Part shown: positions 10,642-21,028 of the stretch, one piece after another
Layout of the letters: each line of letters opens with the position of its first letter
Numbering within the stretch: the first letter of the stretch is position 1
Source of the DNA: an uncultured delta proteobacterium
GTDB taxonomy: Bacteria > Desulfobacterota > RBG-13-43-22
Assembly (NCBI GenBank): GCA_963843145.1
Contig: CAWJJC010000028.1
Location: 480,001 to 544,000, forward strand
Direction: 5' to 3'
Length of the DNA: 64,000 bases
Notes under the pieces: generated by a model
What the model was told of the DNA's origin: nothing
Database searches by the model: none
Seen by the model: the letters and a program-made list of their open reading frames with translations, nothing else
Made by a program: the position numbers and the translations under genes

Positions 10642-10804
10642 TAATTTGTTAGCCCCGGTATTTACAGTCGCATAATTGTATTTTGGTTCTCTTTATCTCT
10701 CGCCCGCTTCGCTCGAGATCGCGGAGGCGCAGAGAAAGACGCGGATATCCAAATTGAGACCGTTAAAAATGGGCGAAGACCCATAAAAAAGGAGGGATTC
10801 ATTA

Positions 10805-11425
10805 ATGAAAAAAGTGAAATGGTTTGTTGCGGTCCTGGCTTTATTGGTTTGGGTCCTGCCCGTCTCGGGAGGGGACAGCCCCAGCAAGGCGCCGGGGAAA
10901 TTCAAGGATTGGGACGGATTGATTGATGAACTGGAGATTATCGAGCCATTCCAGATCGTCAGTTTCTCAAAAATTATTATTGTACCGCTGGATACGGCCT
11001 CAACCCCGCTCCCGGAAAAGGACGATAACACCTTTGAGCCGACATCCAGAATCTTGGCCAAAGTGAATCAAATCTTTATCGAGGGCTTCAAAAAGGGGGT
11101 AGGGGATAAAATTTCCGTTCTCTTAGGGGGGAAAGAGACGACTGGAGACATTTCGGAACCCGGGGTGCTGATCATCAAGGGACGGGTGACCGAAATGAAC
11201 CCCGGTTCACGCTCCAAGCGAGTGTGGATCGGGTTTGGGGCCGGGAAGTCGCGGGTGGAAATTCAGGGGACCGTCATTGAAGCCAAAACACAAAAAGAGC
11301 TTTTGCGGTTCAAGCATGCCCGGGTTTCCGGGATCGGCATGTTCGGGGGGGATTATGCCGATTTCCTGACCGATGATACCGGCGATGTGGGGGAAGATAT
11401 CGGCAAGCTGCTTCAAAAATTCTAA
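10805..11425 (+). CDS. Secreted DUF4410-like protein
   Basis: Signal peptide, NPGSRSKRVWIGFGAGKS motif, RBS AGGAGG. Confidence 0.7.
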   Translation: MKKVKWFVAVLALLVWVLPVSGGDSPSKAPGKFKDWDGLIDELEIIEPFQIVSFSKIIIVPLDTASTPLPEKDDNTFEPTSRILAKVNQIFIEGFKKGVGDKISVLLGGKETTGDISEPGVLIIKGRVTEMNPGSRSKRVWIGFGAGKSRVEIQGTVIEAKTQKELLRFKHARVSGIGMFGGDYADFLTDDTGDVGEDIGKLLQKF

Positions 11426-11763
11426 CAGAACAGGTCGTACTGACCTGCCGGAACTGGATCCGGATGCTGCTGGACAACAAATGGTCGGCCATTCCGCGGC
11501 TGTGACCAGGGCATGTACCGGACCGGATTGTGGGACATTGGGCTGAAAAACTGGCAACAGGCGGAACTGATCAGCCCGATCGGAGAGAAATCGGCGGAGG
11601 ATTATTAGGCTGGGTAGAATCAACCGGCGAAAGCCAACTTCACCTACAACTGTTTCTTTTAAAAAAGCTTCACAGTTAAGGATTATGGTTAGAAATGTGC
11701 CGGGAAAGGATAAATTCCCCCCACCCGTCAGAGGTATTGGGGAAATGGGACCAAAGATGCCCG

Positions 11764-13158
11764 TCACACTGCAAATTCAAGTACGAACCGTGTCCCGTTC
11801 TCACGTTCAATCTTAATGGTGCCACCAATTTGCTTCGTTAGCCGACCGGCCAATTGAAGCCCAAACCCAGAGGAGTTTTCAATATCAATGGTCTCTGGAA
11901 TACCGTTCCCGTTGTCCTCGATAACGAGCGTCGCGCGATGGTCCTTGATCGCGGCCGATATCTTTATCAAGCCATCGTCTCTGCCGAGGAAAGCGTGTTT
12001 CATGGCGTTGGTGAGGAGCTCGTTGACGATGATCCCCAAGGGAGACAATAAATTTACACCAAGTACAAAATCATCGATCCGTGTTTCGATTTGTACTGAT
12101 GCTTTATTAGGGAAAACATTGATGATCTCATCAACCAAGGCCGGGAGGTAGTGCTTGATCGACATCTCTCTTAGATTCTCGTTGAGGTATAATTTGTTGT
12201 ACAACACCGACATACTTTGCAAACGACTTTTGGCGTCCTCCAAGGCGGCGACGGCTTTCCAGTCTTCCAGCGTTTCCGATTGCAGCGACAGCAGGCTCAC
12301 CATGGTATTCATGTTGTTCTTGATGTGGTGGTGGACCTCCCGGAGGAGGAGTTCTTTTTCTTCTAGGAGGGCATTGATTTTTTCCTCCGCCCGCTTGCGT
12401 TCGGTGATGTCACGGCTGCTCACCGTCAGGCCGACGATTTCGCCGTCGCGTTTCACCGGCCCGACGTAGGATTCAAAGGATTGGAAAGTGCCATCTGCAT
12501 ATCGATGGATGCTCTCAAGTTCCCCAGGTTGCCCTGTTTGCAGCACACGTTCAAAACATTCCCGTGTGGGCTGTTCATATTCCTTCGGAGTAAAGTTATA
12601 GAAAGATGAGCCGATAACCTGTGCCTTGGTCAACCCCGGCAAAATGTGATTGATGAAAAGGGTAGTAGCGTCTCGGTCAAGCAGCGCCATATAGTCAGGC
12701 GAGTATTCGGTCAGCGATCGCCACTTTTCTTCACTATCTCGCAGCATCTCCATAGTATTGAGTAATTTCTTGTTCGCCTCAAAAAGCTCAAAGGCCATTT
12801 CGATCGAAGACCGAAGTACAAAATCTCCGGAATCCTTGAGCACGTAGGCGTAGCGGGTGATCTCTTTTACTCTATCCACATATTCTTTTTCCAAATGGGA
12901 GGTTAGGAACACGATGGGGATATTCTGCTTCCGGAGAATTTGCTTCATCGCTTCCGGCCAGTCGATCCCACTGCCGAGGTCGATACCCATGAGGATAAGA
13001 CTTATCTTCTCATTGCTGTCTGCGATTTCAACCGCCTTCTCGCCGGAGGTCGCGACGATAACATTGTATCCAAAGCTCTCGATCGTTTGCGCATCATAAA
13101 TAGCGTCAAAAACATCGTCTTCAACGAGCAGAATGGTTTTCTGCTCCTGGGTGCTCAT
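11764..13158 (-). CDS. Receiver-PAS-HisKA_2 histidine kinase with a degenerate receiver
   Basis: LLVEDD receiver with LILMG where the phospho-Asp is expected; PAS; REVHHHIKNN, NELLTNAMKHAF, DNGNG, GFGL. Confidence 0.85.
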   Translation of the reverse strand: MSTQEQKTILLVEDDVFDAIYDAQTIESFGYNVIVATSGEKAVEIADSNEKISLILMGIDLGSGIDWPEAMKQILRKQNIPIVFLTSHLEKEYVDRVKEITRYAYVLKDSGDFVLRSSIEMAFELFEANKKLLNTMEMLRDSEEKWRSLTEYSPDYMALLDRDATTLFINHILPGLTKAQVIGSSFYNFTPKEYEQPTRECFERVLQTGQPGELESIHRYADGTFQSFESYVGPVKRDGEIVGLTVSSRDITERKRAEEKINALLEEKELLLREVHHHIKNNMNTMVSLLSLQSETLEDWKAVAALEDAKSRLQSMSVLYNKLYLNENLREMSIKHYLPALVDEIINVFPNKASVQIETRIDDFVLGVNLLSPLGIIVNELLTNAMKHAFLGRDDGLIKISAAIKDHRATLVIEDNGNGIPETIDIENSSGFGLQLAGRLTKQIGGTIKIERENGTRFVLEFAV

Positions 13159-13170
13159 GGGTGACCTTCC

Positions 13171-13896
13171 TTATTTCGGAAATCCTATATTTTTATTCAG
13201 TTTTATCAGTCGGCAGCCTAAGAAACGTTTGAGGGAATAAGTCAATAATATTCTATTTCGGAAAACAGCCGGCAGCCAACGATTTTCATTTGAAATCTTT
13301 CTGAATGGACAAACCATCAAAAATAGTTGAGGATGGATCTCCAGGATCCTCCTGTAGGTCTCCAATCCGTCCATACCGGGATCCATGATCATGTCCAGGA
13401 CTAGGAGATCCGCTTTATGTTCTTTCAGGTAAGCCACCGCCTCCTCACCACTGGAAACGCTGGTTACGTTGTAATTCAATTTCTTGAGCCGCTCTTCTGC
13501 CAAATCACGCTGCCCCTTGACATCATCCACAATGAGAATGGTTTCGCCCTTCCCCAGGTATTCGGAAATCGGGACTCTAACCGGCTCCGTTGAGATTTTT
13601 TCCCTCGTCACCGGAAAATAGAGGGTAAAGGTGTTTCCCTTTTCCTCTTCGCTCTGGACATCAATGTATCCCTGATGGTCTTTCACCGTACCCCAAACCA
13701 CCGTCAGCCCTAATCCGGTCCCGCTTCTCCCCATGACCTTCTTGGTATAAAAAGGCTCAAAAATGCGTTTGAGATCAGCTTTCCGTATCCCTTCCCCGGT
13801 ATCGGACACGGAAAGGACAACATAATCTCCCTCCCAGACCTCATCATATCCCTGAATAGGAAAACAGTTTCTCAAACTCCAGTGACTGCTGGCCAT
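13171..13896 (-). pseudogene. Fragment of a hybrid histidine kinase (partial HATPase plus truncated receiver)
   Basis: VSDTGEGI...FEPFYTKK..GTGLGL and ILIVDD...VLDMIM. The HisKA domain and the receiver C-terminus are missing. Confidence 0.7.
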
Positions 13897-13956
13897 CGAC
13901 GATGATTCTGTTCAGATTTAGTACCTGTCTGTCGGATATTCCTTTTCTAGCTAGGG

Positions 13957-14400
13957 TCAACATATCCTGAACAATCGCGGCCGCCTTCCGGCTTCCGCTT
14001 CAATGATGAGAATCCCGGTTCCTACCGTATTGAAGATTGCCTGTAGTTTCGTTTCGCTGCTTTTTCGTCCCTCGCTCTGCAAAGCCAGAAAAAAACGCTC
14101 TGTACCCACCATGGCCTGAACCCCGGACATCAATCCTGCCAGGGTAGTGTCAACCCACATCATCGCCACGGGTAGGTCCTCGAAGGTGCAGGTACCTTGT
14201 TCGGAATTCCATGCAACATTAATTCCGGAGACCCGGATTTTACTCGATGTAAATGAGTTTCCTCCAAGCCCCTCCACAGGTTGTTGTTCAGTCTCCGTTA
14301 GCGTGCGGTCTGATTCCAATCGTTCCAGTTCTGCAATCCTTTTTCTTAGAGTAACCAGTTCCTGGATCCGTACCTGCTTTGTCCTGGATTGATCTTTCAT
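13957..14400 (-). pseudogene. N-terminal sensor fragment of the same or a related kinase
   Basis: Typical kinase leader MKDQSRTK..L..EL..LRKRIAELE, a sensor segment, then an abruptly ending PAS start (LQAIFNTVGTGILII). Confidence 0.55.
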
Positions 14401-14628
14401 AGGGTCGCCCCAGGTGTTGAGATGATCTGAGTGAGCTATGACTTATAGCTGATTTTGGGTCAAAACCATATAAGGATTTATAAATAAGTCAATAAATTTT
14501 AACTTTTTATCATTGATTACTGTTTGAACTCTAGCGCTGTATTCAAAAAGGAGGTCTGAGGACTTCAGGAAGAAGCCCATCATATTGATATTTCATTAAA
14601 ACCACTCTTTTTACTAAATTTACCTCTT

Positions 14629-15864
14629 TCACCCAAAATTCCGATCTTTATTCTTCCCTGGAATCTTAATGAACTGGGCTGAGATGAAATTTAACAGGGC
14701 AATACATCCGCCCAACAGAAAAACCATCTGGTAACCCCAGGCCGCCCAGATGACTCCGCCCACCAGCGCGATGCCGATGGAAAAAACATGATCCAGCGAC
14801 ACCGACATCGTGAGGGTCGGGGTAATGTGATCGGGATGCACCACAATTTTCTTCAAGTAAGTCGCGCGAGCCATATTAACGGACATCAAAAGCTGGTCCA
14901 TGACAAAGCAGAGGCTCACGACGGTCAAGGCCGCGCGTTCGGTCAAAAAGTCCCGCGAAAATCCGTAACCAATACAGACCCCGATCAGCAAAACAGCTTC
15001 CATGATCAAAACGGTTTTTTCCCCCAACTTGTCGATGGCATTACCCAGCAAAGGTTGGAAAACAACACCGCAAATACCACCGATCGTCAACAAGGTCGCC
15101 AGCATAGTGACTGGCTGATTAAAAACCGTCACCAGCACCCAGGGCGCAAAGGTCAGAAAAATCTGTTTGCGTGTTCCAAAAAGGATGGAGAGCCAGTAAT
15201 ATAATCGATATTCTTTATGAAACTTGAGATGTAAAGCCGGGGGATGGGCCTTGCCGGGGTGCATGGCGAAAAACATCAGTGCGGCAAAGAGGTAAAACAA
15301 GGCGGCGAACAGGAATGAGATCTGGAACGTGAAATGCAGATACCTAAATCCCAGAAACGTGAAAAAGCCGCCGATCACAAACACGAAATTCCGGACGGCA
15401 TTAAACTGGCCCAGGCGCTTGCCGGTCTGGCCTTCGCGGGCCAGTTCCATGCCGATGCTGGTGTTGAGTGGCATTAACATGTGCTGGCCCAAACTAAGGA
15501 TAAAAAGCCAGGCGAACATCCAATGGAAAGTGACCGAGAAAAAGGCCATCAGGACCAACCCGCCGGCGCCGGCCAAGGCGGCGAAAGTTGCCAGCCTCCT
15601 GCTGCGGACAAAAAACAACACAGCCGAAACAAAAATTACGGAAAAGCCCGGCAGTTCGCGGGGCAGTTCCAAAAAGGTGCGCTGAAAGCTGTTGAGGCTG
15701 AACGTCTCATTCAAAAAATTATTGAAGACTGCGTTCACCATGCTTTCGGCAAAACCAATCATGGCGAGACCCGATATGAAAAAGAGCATGTCCCGCTCGA
15801 AATGCCTGAAAACTGCTGTTTGATCTTTAGTATCATCGTTGTTCTGAGAATTTGTCTCTAACAA
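14629..15864 (-). CDS. MFS transporter
   Basis: About 12 hydrophobic helices; G.AIDKLGEK loop motif. Confidence 0.85.
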   Translation of the reverse strand: MLETNSQNNDDTKDQTAVFRHFERDMLFFISGLAMIGFAESMVNAVFNNFLNETFSLNSFQRTFLELPRELPGFSVIFVSAVLFFVRSRRLATFAALAGAGGLVLMAFFSVTFHWMFAWLFILSLGQHMLMPLNTSIGMELAREGQTGKRLGQFNAVRNFVFVIGGFFTFLGFRYLHFTFQISFLFAALFYLFAALMFFAMHPGKAHPPALHLKFHKEYRLYYWLSILFGTRKQIFLTFAPWVLVTVFNQPVTMLATLLTIGGICGVVFQPLLGNAIDKLGEKTVLIMEAVLLIGVCIGYGFSRDFLTERAALTVVSLCFVMDQLLMSVNMARATYLKKIVVHPDHITPTLTMSVSLDHVFSIGIALVGGVIWAAWGYQMVFLLGGCIALLNFISAQFIKIPGKNKDRNFG

Positions 15865-15951
15865 TGGATGTAATAATCTAAATTAAAAGACGTTAGCTTT
15901 AAACCTGTTAAGTGTTTTTATTTTAGCCAAAAATATTTCGAATATTTTTGG

Positions 15952-17547
15952 CTAGTCTTTGATCTTGGCCAAGATCTTCTGGACCAGGTCTTCGGGGGGT
16001 TGATCCAGGCGAAGGCGGAAACCGTGTTGGGGGATGATTTCCCCGGTGGGATCGAAGTCGGCCCGTTGGGCCCGGAAGAGTTCCCAACGACCGTCGGAGA
16101 CGGCCCGGGGGTCCTGGCGGCGAGCCTCCAGACGCTGCCGGATGAGGGTCACGGGGGCCCGGCATTCCACAAAGCGGAGGTCGGCACCCAGGTTCCGGGC
16201 CAATTCCAGGAGCGCGCTTCGTTCCTTCTGCTCCTTGTATGATCCATCCAGAATGACCGGGTGACCCTGCCTGAGCAGGTGCTCCGCCTTCTGGCGCAGG
16301 ACCCGATAGGTTTTTTCAGAAAGGTCCCGGGAATAGATCCCCCGTCCAAAGGGTTCCCGTTGCCGACCGGTCGGTTTCAACCCGGCTATTTGTTTTCGAA
16401 CCCGGTCGGTGCTGAAAACCCTCCAGCCGGTCTTTCGGGAGAGGGCCTGGGCCAGGGTGGTCTTGCCGGTGCCCATGAGGCCGAAAAAAACGATCAAGGG
16501 CAGCGGACGATCGGCCCGGGCGAAGGTCTGGGCCAGTTGAAAATACCGTCTGGCCTGGCGTCGATGGTCCCTCCGTTCTTCGGGGGGAATTTCGCTTTCC
16601 GTGGAAGCGAAGGCATGGATCTTAGCCCGGACACAGGCCCGGTAACATTTATAAAAATTCATTAAACGCTTGGCCTCGGGGTCCTCAGCCAGGCGGACAT
16701 ACTCCCGGACCAGCAGGCGGCTTAAGACCGGATAGCCATGAAAGTCCAGGTCCATGGCCAGAAAGGCCAGATCACAGGCGACATCGGAATAACGGAAGCG
16801 ATGGTTGAATTCCAGGCAATCGTAAATCTGGATTTCCGCTTCCAGGCAAATATTGCCCGAGTGCAGGTCGCCGTGGCCGTCCCGGATTCGGTTAGCAGCG
16901 ATGCGGCCTTCAAAAAGAGGACGGTTTTGATCGATAAACCTTCGGGTGTAGCGCAGCACCGTTTGGTAGGCCGAAGAAGAAACCAGTTTTCCCACGAAGG
17001 GCCGGGTCTCGGTAAAGTTTTCTTCGGTATTCTTGTGGATAACGGCGACGCGACCGTCCAGGTTCACCGCTCCGCCGGTTTGGGCGGTTCGATAAAAGGG
17101 GGCCAGTATCCGCACCAGGTCCTTGATTTCCTTTCCCCCCACCTGCCCGGCGACCAGCAGTCGGTTCATCATCCGGTCCTGAGGCATCTCCCGCATCAGG
17201 ACCGCGTATTCCACCACCCTCCCGCGACCGTTTACGGCCAACCTCTTTTTTTGTTCGGTGATCCGCGCCACCCCCAGGTAGAGATTGTGGGTCAACCGCC
17301 GGTTGAGTTTGACCTCCTGCCGGCAGAAATAGCCTCGCTGGGCCAGGGTACTGAAGTCCAGGAAATCATAACGGATCGGCTTTTTGACTTTATAAACCAG
17401 ACCCCCGGTCAGGAAAACGTGGGAAATGTGCGTTTGCAGGTGGATAATATCCGGGGGGCGGTGGGGATAGGTTTCCGGGCGAAGCAGCGCCTGGACAATC
17501 CGGTCCTGATCGGGATCGTGGCTGTGCGGGGGAGTGCCGTGGACCAT
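15952..17547 (-). CDS. Bifunctional aminoglycoside-phosphotransferase-like / AAA_33 P-loop kinase protein
   Basis: THISHVFL, HGDLHSGNI, DCLEFN, C-terminal GLMGTGKTT. Start placed at ATG 17547 because the longer N-terminus is repeat-derived. Confidence 0.85.
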   Translation of the reverse strand: MVHGTPPHSHDPDQDRIVQALLRPETYPHRPPDIIHLQTHISHVFLTGGLVYKVKKPIRYDFLDFSTLAQRGYFCRQEVKLNRRLTHNLYLGVARITEQKKRLAVNGRGRVVEYAVLMREMPQDRMMNRLLVAGQVGGKEIKDLVRILAPFYRTAQTGGAVNLDGRVAVIHKNTEENFTETRPFVGKLVSSSAYQTVLRYTRRFIDQNRPLFEGRIAANRIRDGHGDLHSGNICLEAEIQIYDCLEFNHRFRYSDVACDLAFLAMDLDFHGYPVLSRLLVREYVRLAEDPEAKRLMNFYKCYRACVRAKIHAFASTESEIPPEERRDHRRQARRYFQLAQTFARADRPLPLIVFFGLMGTGKTTLAQALSRKTGWRVFSTDRVRKQIAGLKPTGRQREPFGRGIYSRDLSEKTYRVLRQKAEHLLRQGHPVILDGSYKEQKERSALLELARNLGADLRFVECRAPVTLIRQRLEARRQDPRAVSDGRWELFRAQRADFDPTGEIIPQHGFRLRLDQPPEDLVQKILAKIKD

Positions 17548-17577
17548 GCGAATTGGAGATCCCTTTCTAAGAGAGAT

Positions 17578-17653
17578 GGGAGTGTACGAGTACGTGTACG
17601 AGTGGGGTGCCGTTATTTTAGAGACCCGTACTCTTACACCTACTCGTACACGC
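17578..17653. repeat. Imperfect inverted repeat of GTACGA/GTACGT-type hexamers
   Basis: gagtgtacgagtacgtgtacgagtggg ... cccgtactcttacacctactcgtacacgc. Confidence 0.6.
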
Positions 17654-17703
17654 AAATCTCTCCGGCGCTGACTTCAATATCTTTTTAGAAATTAATACAG
17701 ATC

Positions 17704-19425
17704 TTACCCTTCGATAAACAGCGGGATGATTTCCATCCGTTTGACATCCACCAGCCCCCGGTCCGTAATTCTCAACTCCGGGATAACCGACAGCGTCAGG
17801 AAAGACAAGGCCATAAAAGGGTTAGGCGCTTGACAGCCAGCGGCGGCAGCGGCCTGAAGCAGGAGGTCTTTCTGTTCGATTACCGTTTTCAGCGGCTGAT
17901 CGGACATCAGGCCGGCGATAGGCAGGGGGAGTTGGGCTCGTACTTCCCCTCCGCGGACGACCACCAGTCCGCCGTTCAAGGCTTCGACGGTCTTGACCGC
18001 TAAGAACATCTCCGCCGGATCCCGACCGATGACCACGATATGGTGCGAGTCGTGGGAAACCGAAGAGGCCAGGGCCCCTTGCCGCAAACCAAAGCCCTTC
18101 ACCAAACCCTGGCCGACGTTCCCGGACCCCTGATGCCGTTCCACGCAGGCCAAGAGGACCAGATCCTCCTCCGGATCAAGCCAGAGTTTTCCGTCACGGG
18201 AATGGATTTCCACCTGGAGCCGGCGGGAGAGTATTTGATCGGGGATGAGTTCGATCACCTGAGCCCGATTTCCCCGAATCGGAATTTCGAAACGCTCCGG
18301 GGTGAGGTTACGGATAGACATGGTCCGGGGCTGTTCCCGGTATTCGGTCTTAATGGAGGGCCCGACATATTCCCCGTTCCGGGCGACCAGGGTTCCGCGC
18401 TTGAAAACCGCCTCCACTTCCATCCCGGCGATGGTTTTTAAAACGGTCAGGTCGGCCTGGTAACCGGGGGCCACGGCCCCCAAATGCCGGAGACCGAAAT
18501 GTTCGGCCGGGTTCAGGGTGGCCATCTGAAAGGCTAACAGCGGATTGAGGCCCAGTCCGATGGCCTGCCGGAGCAGGTAATTGATGTGGCCTTCCCGGAC
18601 CAAATCATCCGGATGACGGTCGTCGGTCACCAGGAGAAAATTCCGGGCGTTACAGGTCATGACCAGCGGCAGCAGTGCTTTCAAGTTCTTGGCTAAGGAA
18701 CCTTCCCGGATCATAATTTTCATGCCCAGGGCCAGTTTTTCCTTGGCTTCGGATAGGTTGCTGCATTCGTGATCGGAGCAGGGGCCGCCGGCCCGATAAG
18801 CGCACAGGTCTTTACCCGTCAACAAGGGGGCATGGCCGTCGATGATTCCTTTTTGGAAGGCGATCAATTTTTTCAGTACCGCGGGATCTTGTCGGATGAC
18901 CCCGGGAAAATTCATCATTTCACCCAGGCCCAGGACTCGGGGATGGCGGCGTAAAGGGAGCAGGTCTTTCTTCCCCAGAACCGCTCCCGCAGTCTCCAAA
19001 GGAGTGGCCGGGACGCAGGAAGGGGCCATCCAGTAATAATCCAGGGGCAGGTCGGCGCTGTCCTGCAGCATAAAGGCCAGCCCCTGAAGACCCAATACAT
19101 TGGCGATCTCATGGGGGTCGGAAATCAAGGTAGTCGTCCCCAGGGGTAGCAGGACTGGGGCTAAATGGGCCGGGGTCAGCAGGGTGCTTTCCACGTGCAG
19201 GTGGCCGTCGATAAATCCGGGAACGATGAACTGACGCCGGCAATCAAAGACCTCCCGCCCCTCGTAGTCGCCCAACCCGATAATGGTCCCTTCGGCCAGG
19301 GCCACATCGGTTTCCACGATTTCACAGGTAAAAACGTTGACCACCCGTCCGCCTTTAAGGACCAGGTCAGCCGGGATTTCCCCCCGGGCGGCGCGAATAA
19401 TTTTTTTAAGCTTTTTGGAAGTCAT
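17704..19425 (-). CDS. ade: Adenine deaminase
   Basis: PGFIDGHLHVES, DPHEIANV, EMMNFPGV, DGHAP, SDHEC, IREGS, HDSHH. Confidence 0.95.
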   Translation of the reverse strand: MTSKKLKKIIRAARGEIPADLVLKGGRVVNVFTCEIVETDVALAEGTIIGLGDYEGREVFDCRRQFIVPGFIDGHLHVESTLLTPAHLAPVLLPLGTTTLISDPHEIANVLGLQGLAFMLQDSADLPLDYYWMAPSCVPATPLETAGAVLGKKDLLPLRRHPRVLGLGEMMNFPGVIRQDPAVLKKLIAFQKGIIDGHAPLLTGKDLCAYRAGGPCSDHECSNLSEAKEKLALGMKIMIREGSLAKNLKALLPLVMTCNARNFLLVTDDRHPDDLVREGHINYLLRQAIGLGLNPLLAFQMATLNPAEHFGLRHLGAVAPGYQADLTVLKTIAGMEVEAVFKRGTLVARNGEYVGPSIKTEYREQPRTMSIRNLTPERFEIPIRGNRAQVIELIPDQILSRRLQVEIHSRDGKLWLDPEEDLVLLACVERHQGSGNVGQGLVKGFGLRQGALASSVSHDSHHIVVIGRDPAEMFLAVKTVEALNGGLVVVRGGEVRAQLPLPIAGLMSDQPLKTVIEQKDLLLQAAAAAGCQAPNPFMALSFLTLSVIPELRITDRGLVDVKRMEIIPLFIEG

Positions 19426-19504
19426 GGAAAACCTTCTCGGAAAGGTCATCGAGAATAGCGCAATGTTTCCATAGATGGCTTACAACGCTCCCCAAGCTCG
19501 ACCG

Positions 19505-19533
19505 GGGGATTGCTTCGCTTTGCTCGCAATGAC
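19505..19533. repeat. REP-like half element (GATTGC...CTCGCAATGAC family)
   Basis: Same arm sequence as the elements at 58163 and 59948. Confidence 0.65.
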
Positions 19534-19631
19534 AGGTGGGCGTGGCCTTATTTTCGTATCAGAATCTGTGACGCTCTGCTCCCCGCGTTCTTTCCTCATC
19601 CTCTCGCTTCTTACGCCCGGCGCTCTGCGTC

Positions 19632-20834
19632 TTACGTTCGATAATCGGCATTGATCCGGATGTAATCCAGAGAAAGGTCGCAGGTATAGACCGTGGCTTT
19701 CGCCCGCCCCTGGTGCAGGTCGACGGTGATGGTCAAGGCCTTTTTCTTGAGGACCTGGGAGGCTGGAATCTCCTGTTCCGGTCCCAGACCCAGGCCCTGT
19801 TTTACCAGGGGAACCGAACCAAAAAAGATATCGACCCGGGCCGGATCAAAGGAGACCCCTGAGCGTCCCAAGGCGGCCAGGATCCGCCCCCAGTTGGCGT
19901 CTTCGCCGAAAAGGGCGGTTTTTACCAACGGCGAATTGGCCACGGTAAACCCCAGGATCCGGGCCTCCTCCTCGGTCCTGGCGCCTTTAATGAGTAACGT
20001 GACTTCTTTGGTGGCCCCTTCACCGTCCCGGACGATCATTCGGGCCAGGTCCAGCAGGAGTTGATCCAGGGCCTTTTTGAAGGCGTTGGCCCCGGGGCTT
20101 TTCCGATTCTCTAATTTCGGATTTCCGGCCAACCCGTTGGCCATCATCAGCAGCAGATCATTGGTGCTGGTGTCGCCGTCCACGGTGATGGAATTAAAGG
20201 ACCGCTTAACACCTTCTTGAAGCAGTTTGTTTAACCAGGTCGGCGCCACGTCCGCGTCGGTCAGCACGAAGCCCAGCATGGTGGCCAGATGGGGCTGGAT
20301 CATGCCGGCTCCTTTGGCGATACCAACCAGTCGGCAGTGGGTCTTTCCCAGCGGCACTTCCCGGGAGGTAATCTTGGGGAAGGTGTCGGTGGTCATGATC
20401 GCTTGCGCCACCGCCGGAAGATTATTTTCGTTCAATCCCTGTACCAAAAAAGGGAGCGCCCGACCCAGGCGTTTGGTCGGCAGCGGCTGGCCGATAACGC
20501 CGGTGGAGGCCATAAAAACCTGGTTGGCAGGCAAGTCCAGCAGGTCGGAAATCCTCCGGGTCAGCAAGCGGGTGTCCTTGAGCCCCTGTTCCCCGGTACA
20601 GGCGTTGGCATTCCCGCTGTTGACCAGGATGGCCCGGCCCTGCCCGGAGGCGATCCTTTTCTGATCGATAAGGATGGAAGCGGCCTTGACTTGATTCCGG
20701 GTGAAGACACCGGCTGCTGCCGCCGGCGTGCTCGAAACAATCAATCCCAGGTCTTCCCGGTCGGTCCCTTTTTTTATTTGTGCCTTGGCCGTGGCTGCCA
20801 AGAAACCCTTCACTTGAAAAGCGTTATCCTTCAT
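19632..20834 (-). CDS. argJ: Bifunctional ornithine acetyltransferase / N-acetylglutamate synthase
   Basis: NSGNANACTG, STGVIG, IMTTDT, AKGAGMIQP.LATML, DGDTSTND, RDGEGATK. Confidence 0.97.
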   Translation of the reverse strand: MKDNAFQVKGFLAATAKAQIKKGTDREDLGLIVSSTPAAAAGVFTRNQVKAASILIDQKRIASGQGRAILVNSGNANACTGEQGLKDTRLLTRRISDLLDLPANQVFMASTGVIGQPLPTKRLGRALPFLVQGLNENNLPAVAQAIMTTDTFPKITSREVPLGKTHCRLVGIAKGAGMIQPHLATMLGFVLTDADVAPTWLNKLLQEGVKRSFNSITVDGDTSTNDLLLMMANGLAGNPKLENRKSPGANAFKKALDQLLLDLARMIVRDGEGATKEVTLLIKGARTEEEARILGFTVANSPLVKTALFGEDANWGRILAALGRSGVSFDPARVDIFFGSVPLVKQGLGLGPEQEIPASQVLKKKALTITVDLHQGRAKATVYTCDLSLDYIRINADYRT

Positions 20835-20892
20835 GGCGTGCCCTCTGGTTATCTTCGGTGGGGAAGCAGTAAATCAGCAACAAGGCCGGCTT

Positions 20893-20995
20893 TCGAAAAA
20901 CGACTCAAAATTCGAAAGGTATTTGTTTTGGTCATTTGGATTTTGGAGTTTCGTGCTTGTTTCGGATTTCGTGCTTCGAATTTCGAATTTAAAGA
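20893..20995. repeat. Heptamer-periodic element (ATTTCG/TTCGAA family), mainly the right arm
   Basis: tttcgtgcttgtttcggatttcgtgcttcgaatttcgaatttaaaga, nearly identical to 55749-55820. Confidence 0.75.
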
Positions 20996-21028
20996 TCCTT
21001 TGGTTCATATGTTAGAGAGAAGGATCCC

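Noticed and set aside
11420-11700. attC site after the DUF4410 gene (TTCTAAC ... GTTAGAA)
   Set aside because: The spacing of about 270 bp is too long and no internal L-box symmetry is evident.
17548-17655. N-terminal extension MRVRVGVRVRV... of the kinase ORF
   Set aside because: It is a translation of the hexamer inverted repeat; the real start is more likely ATG 17547.
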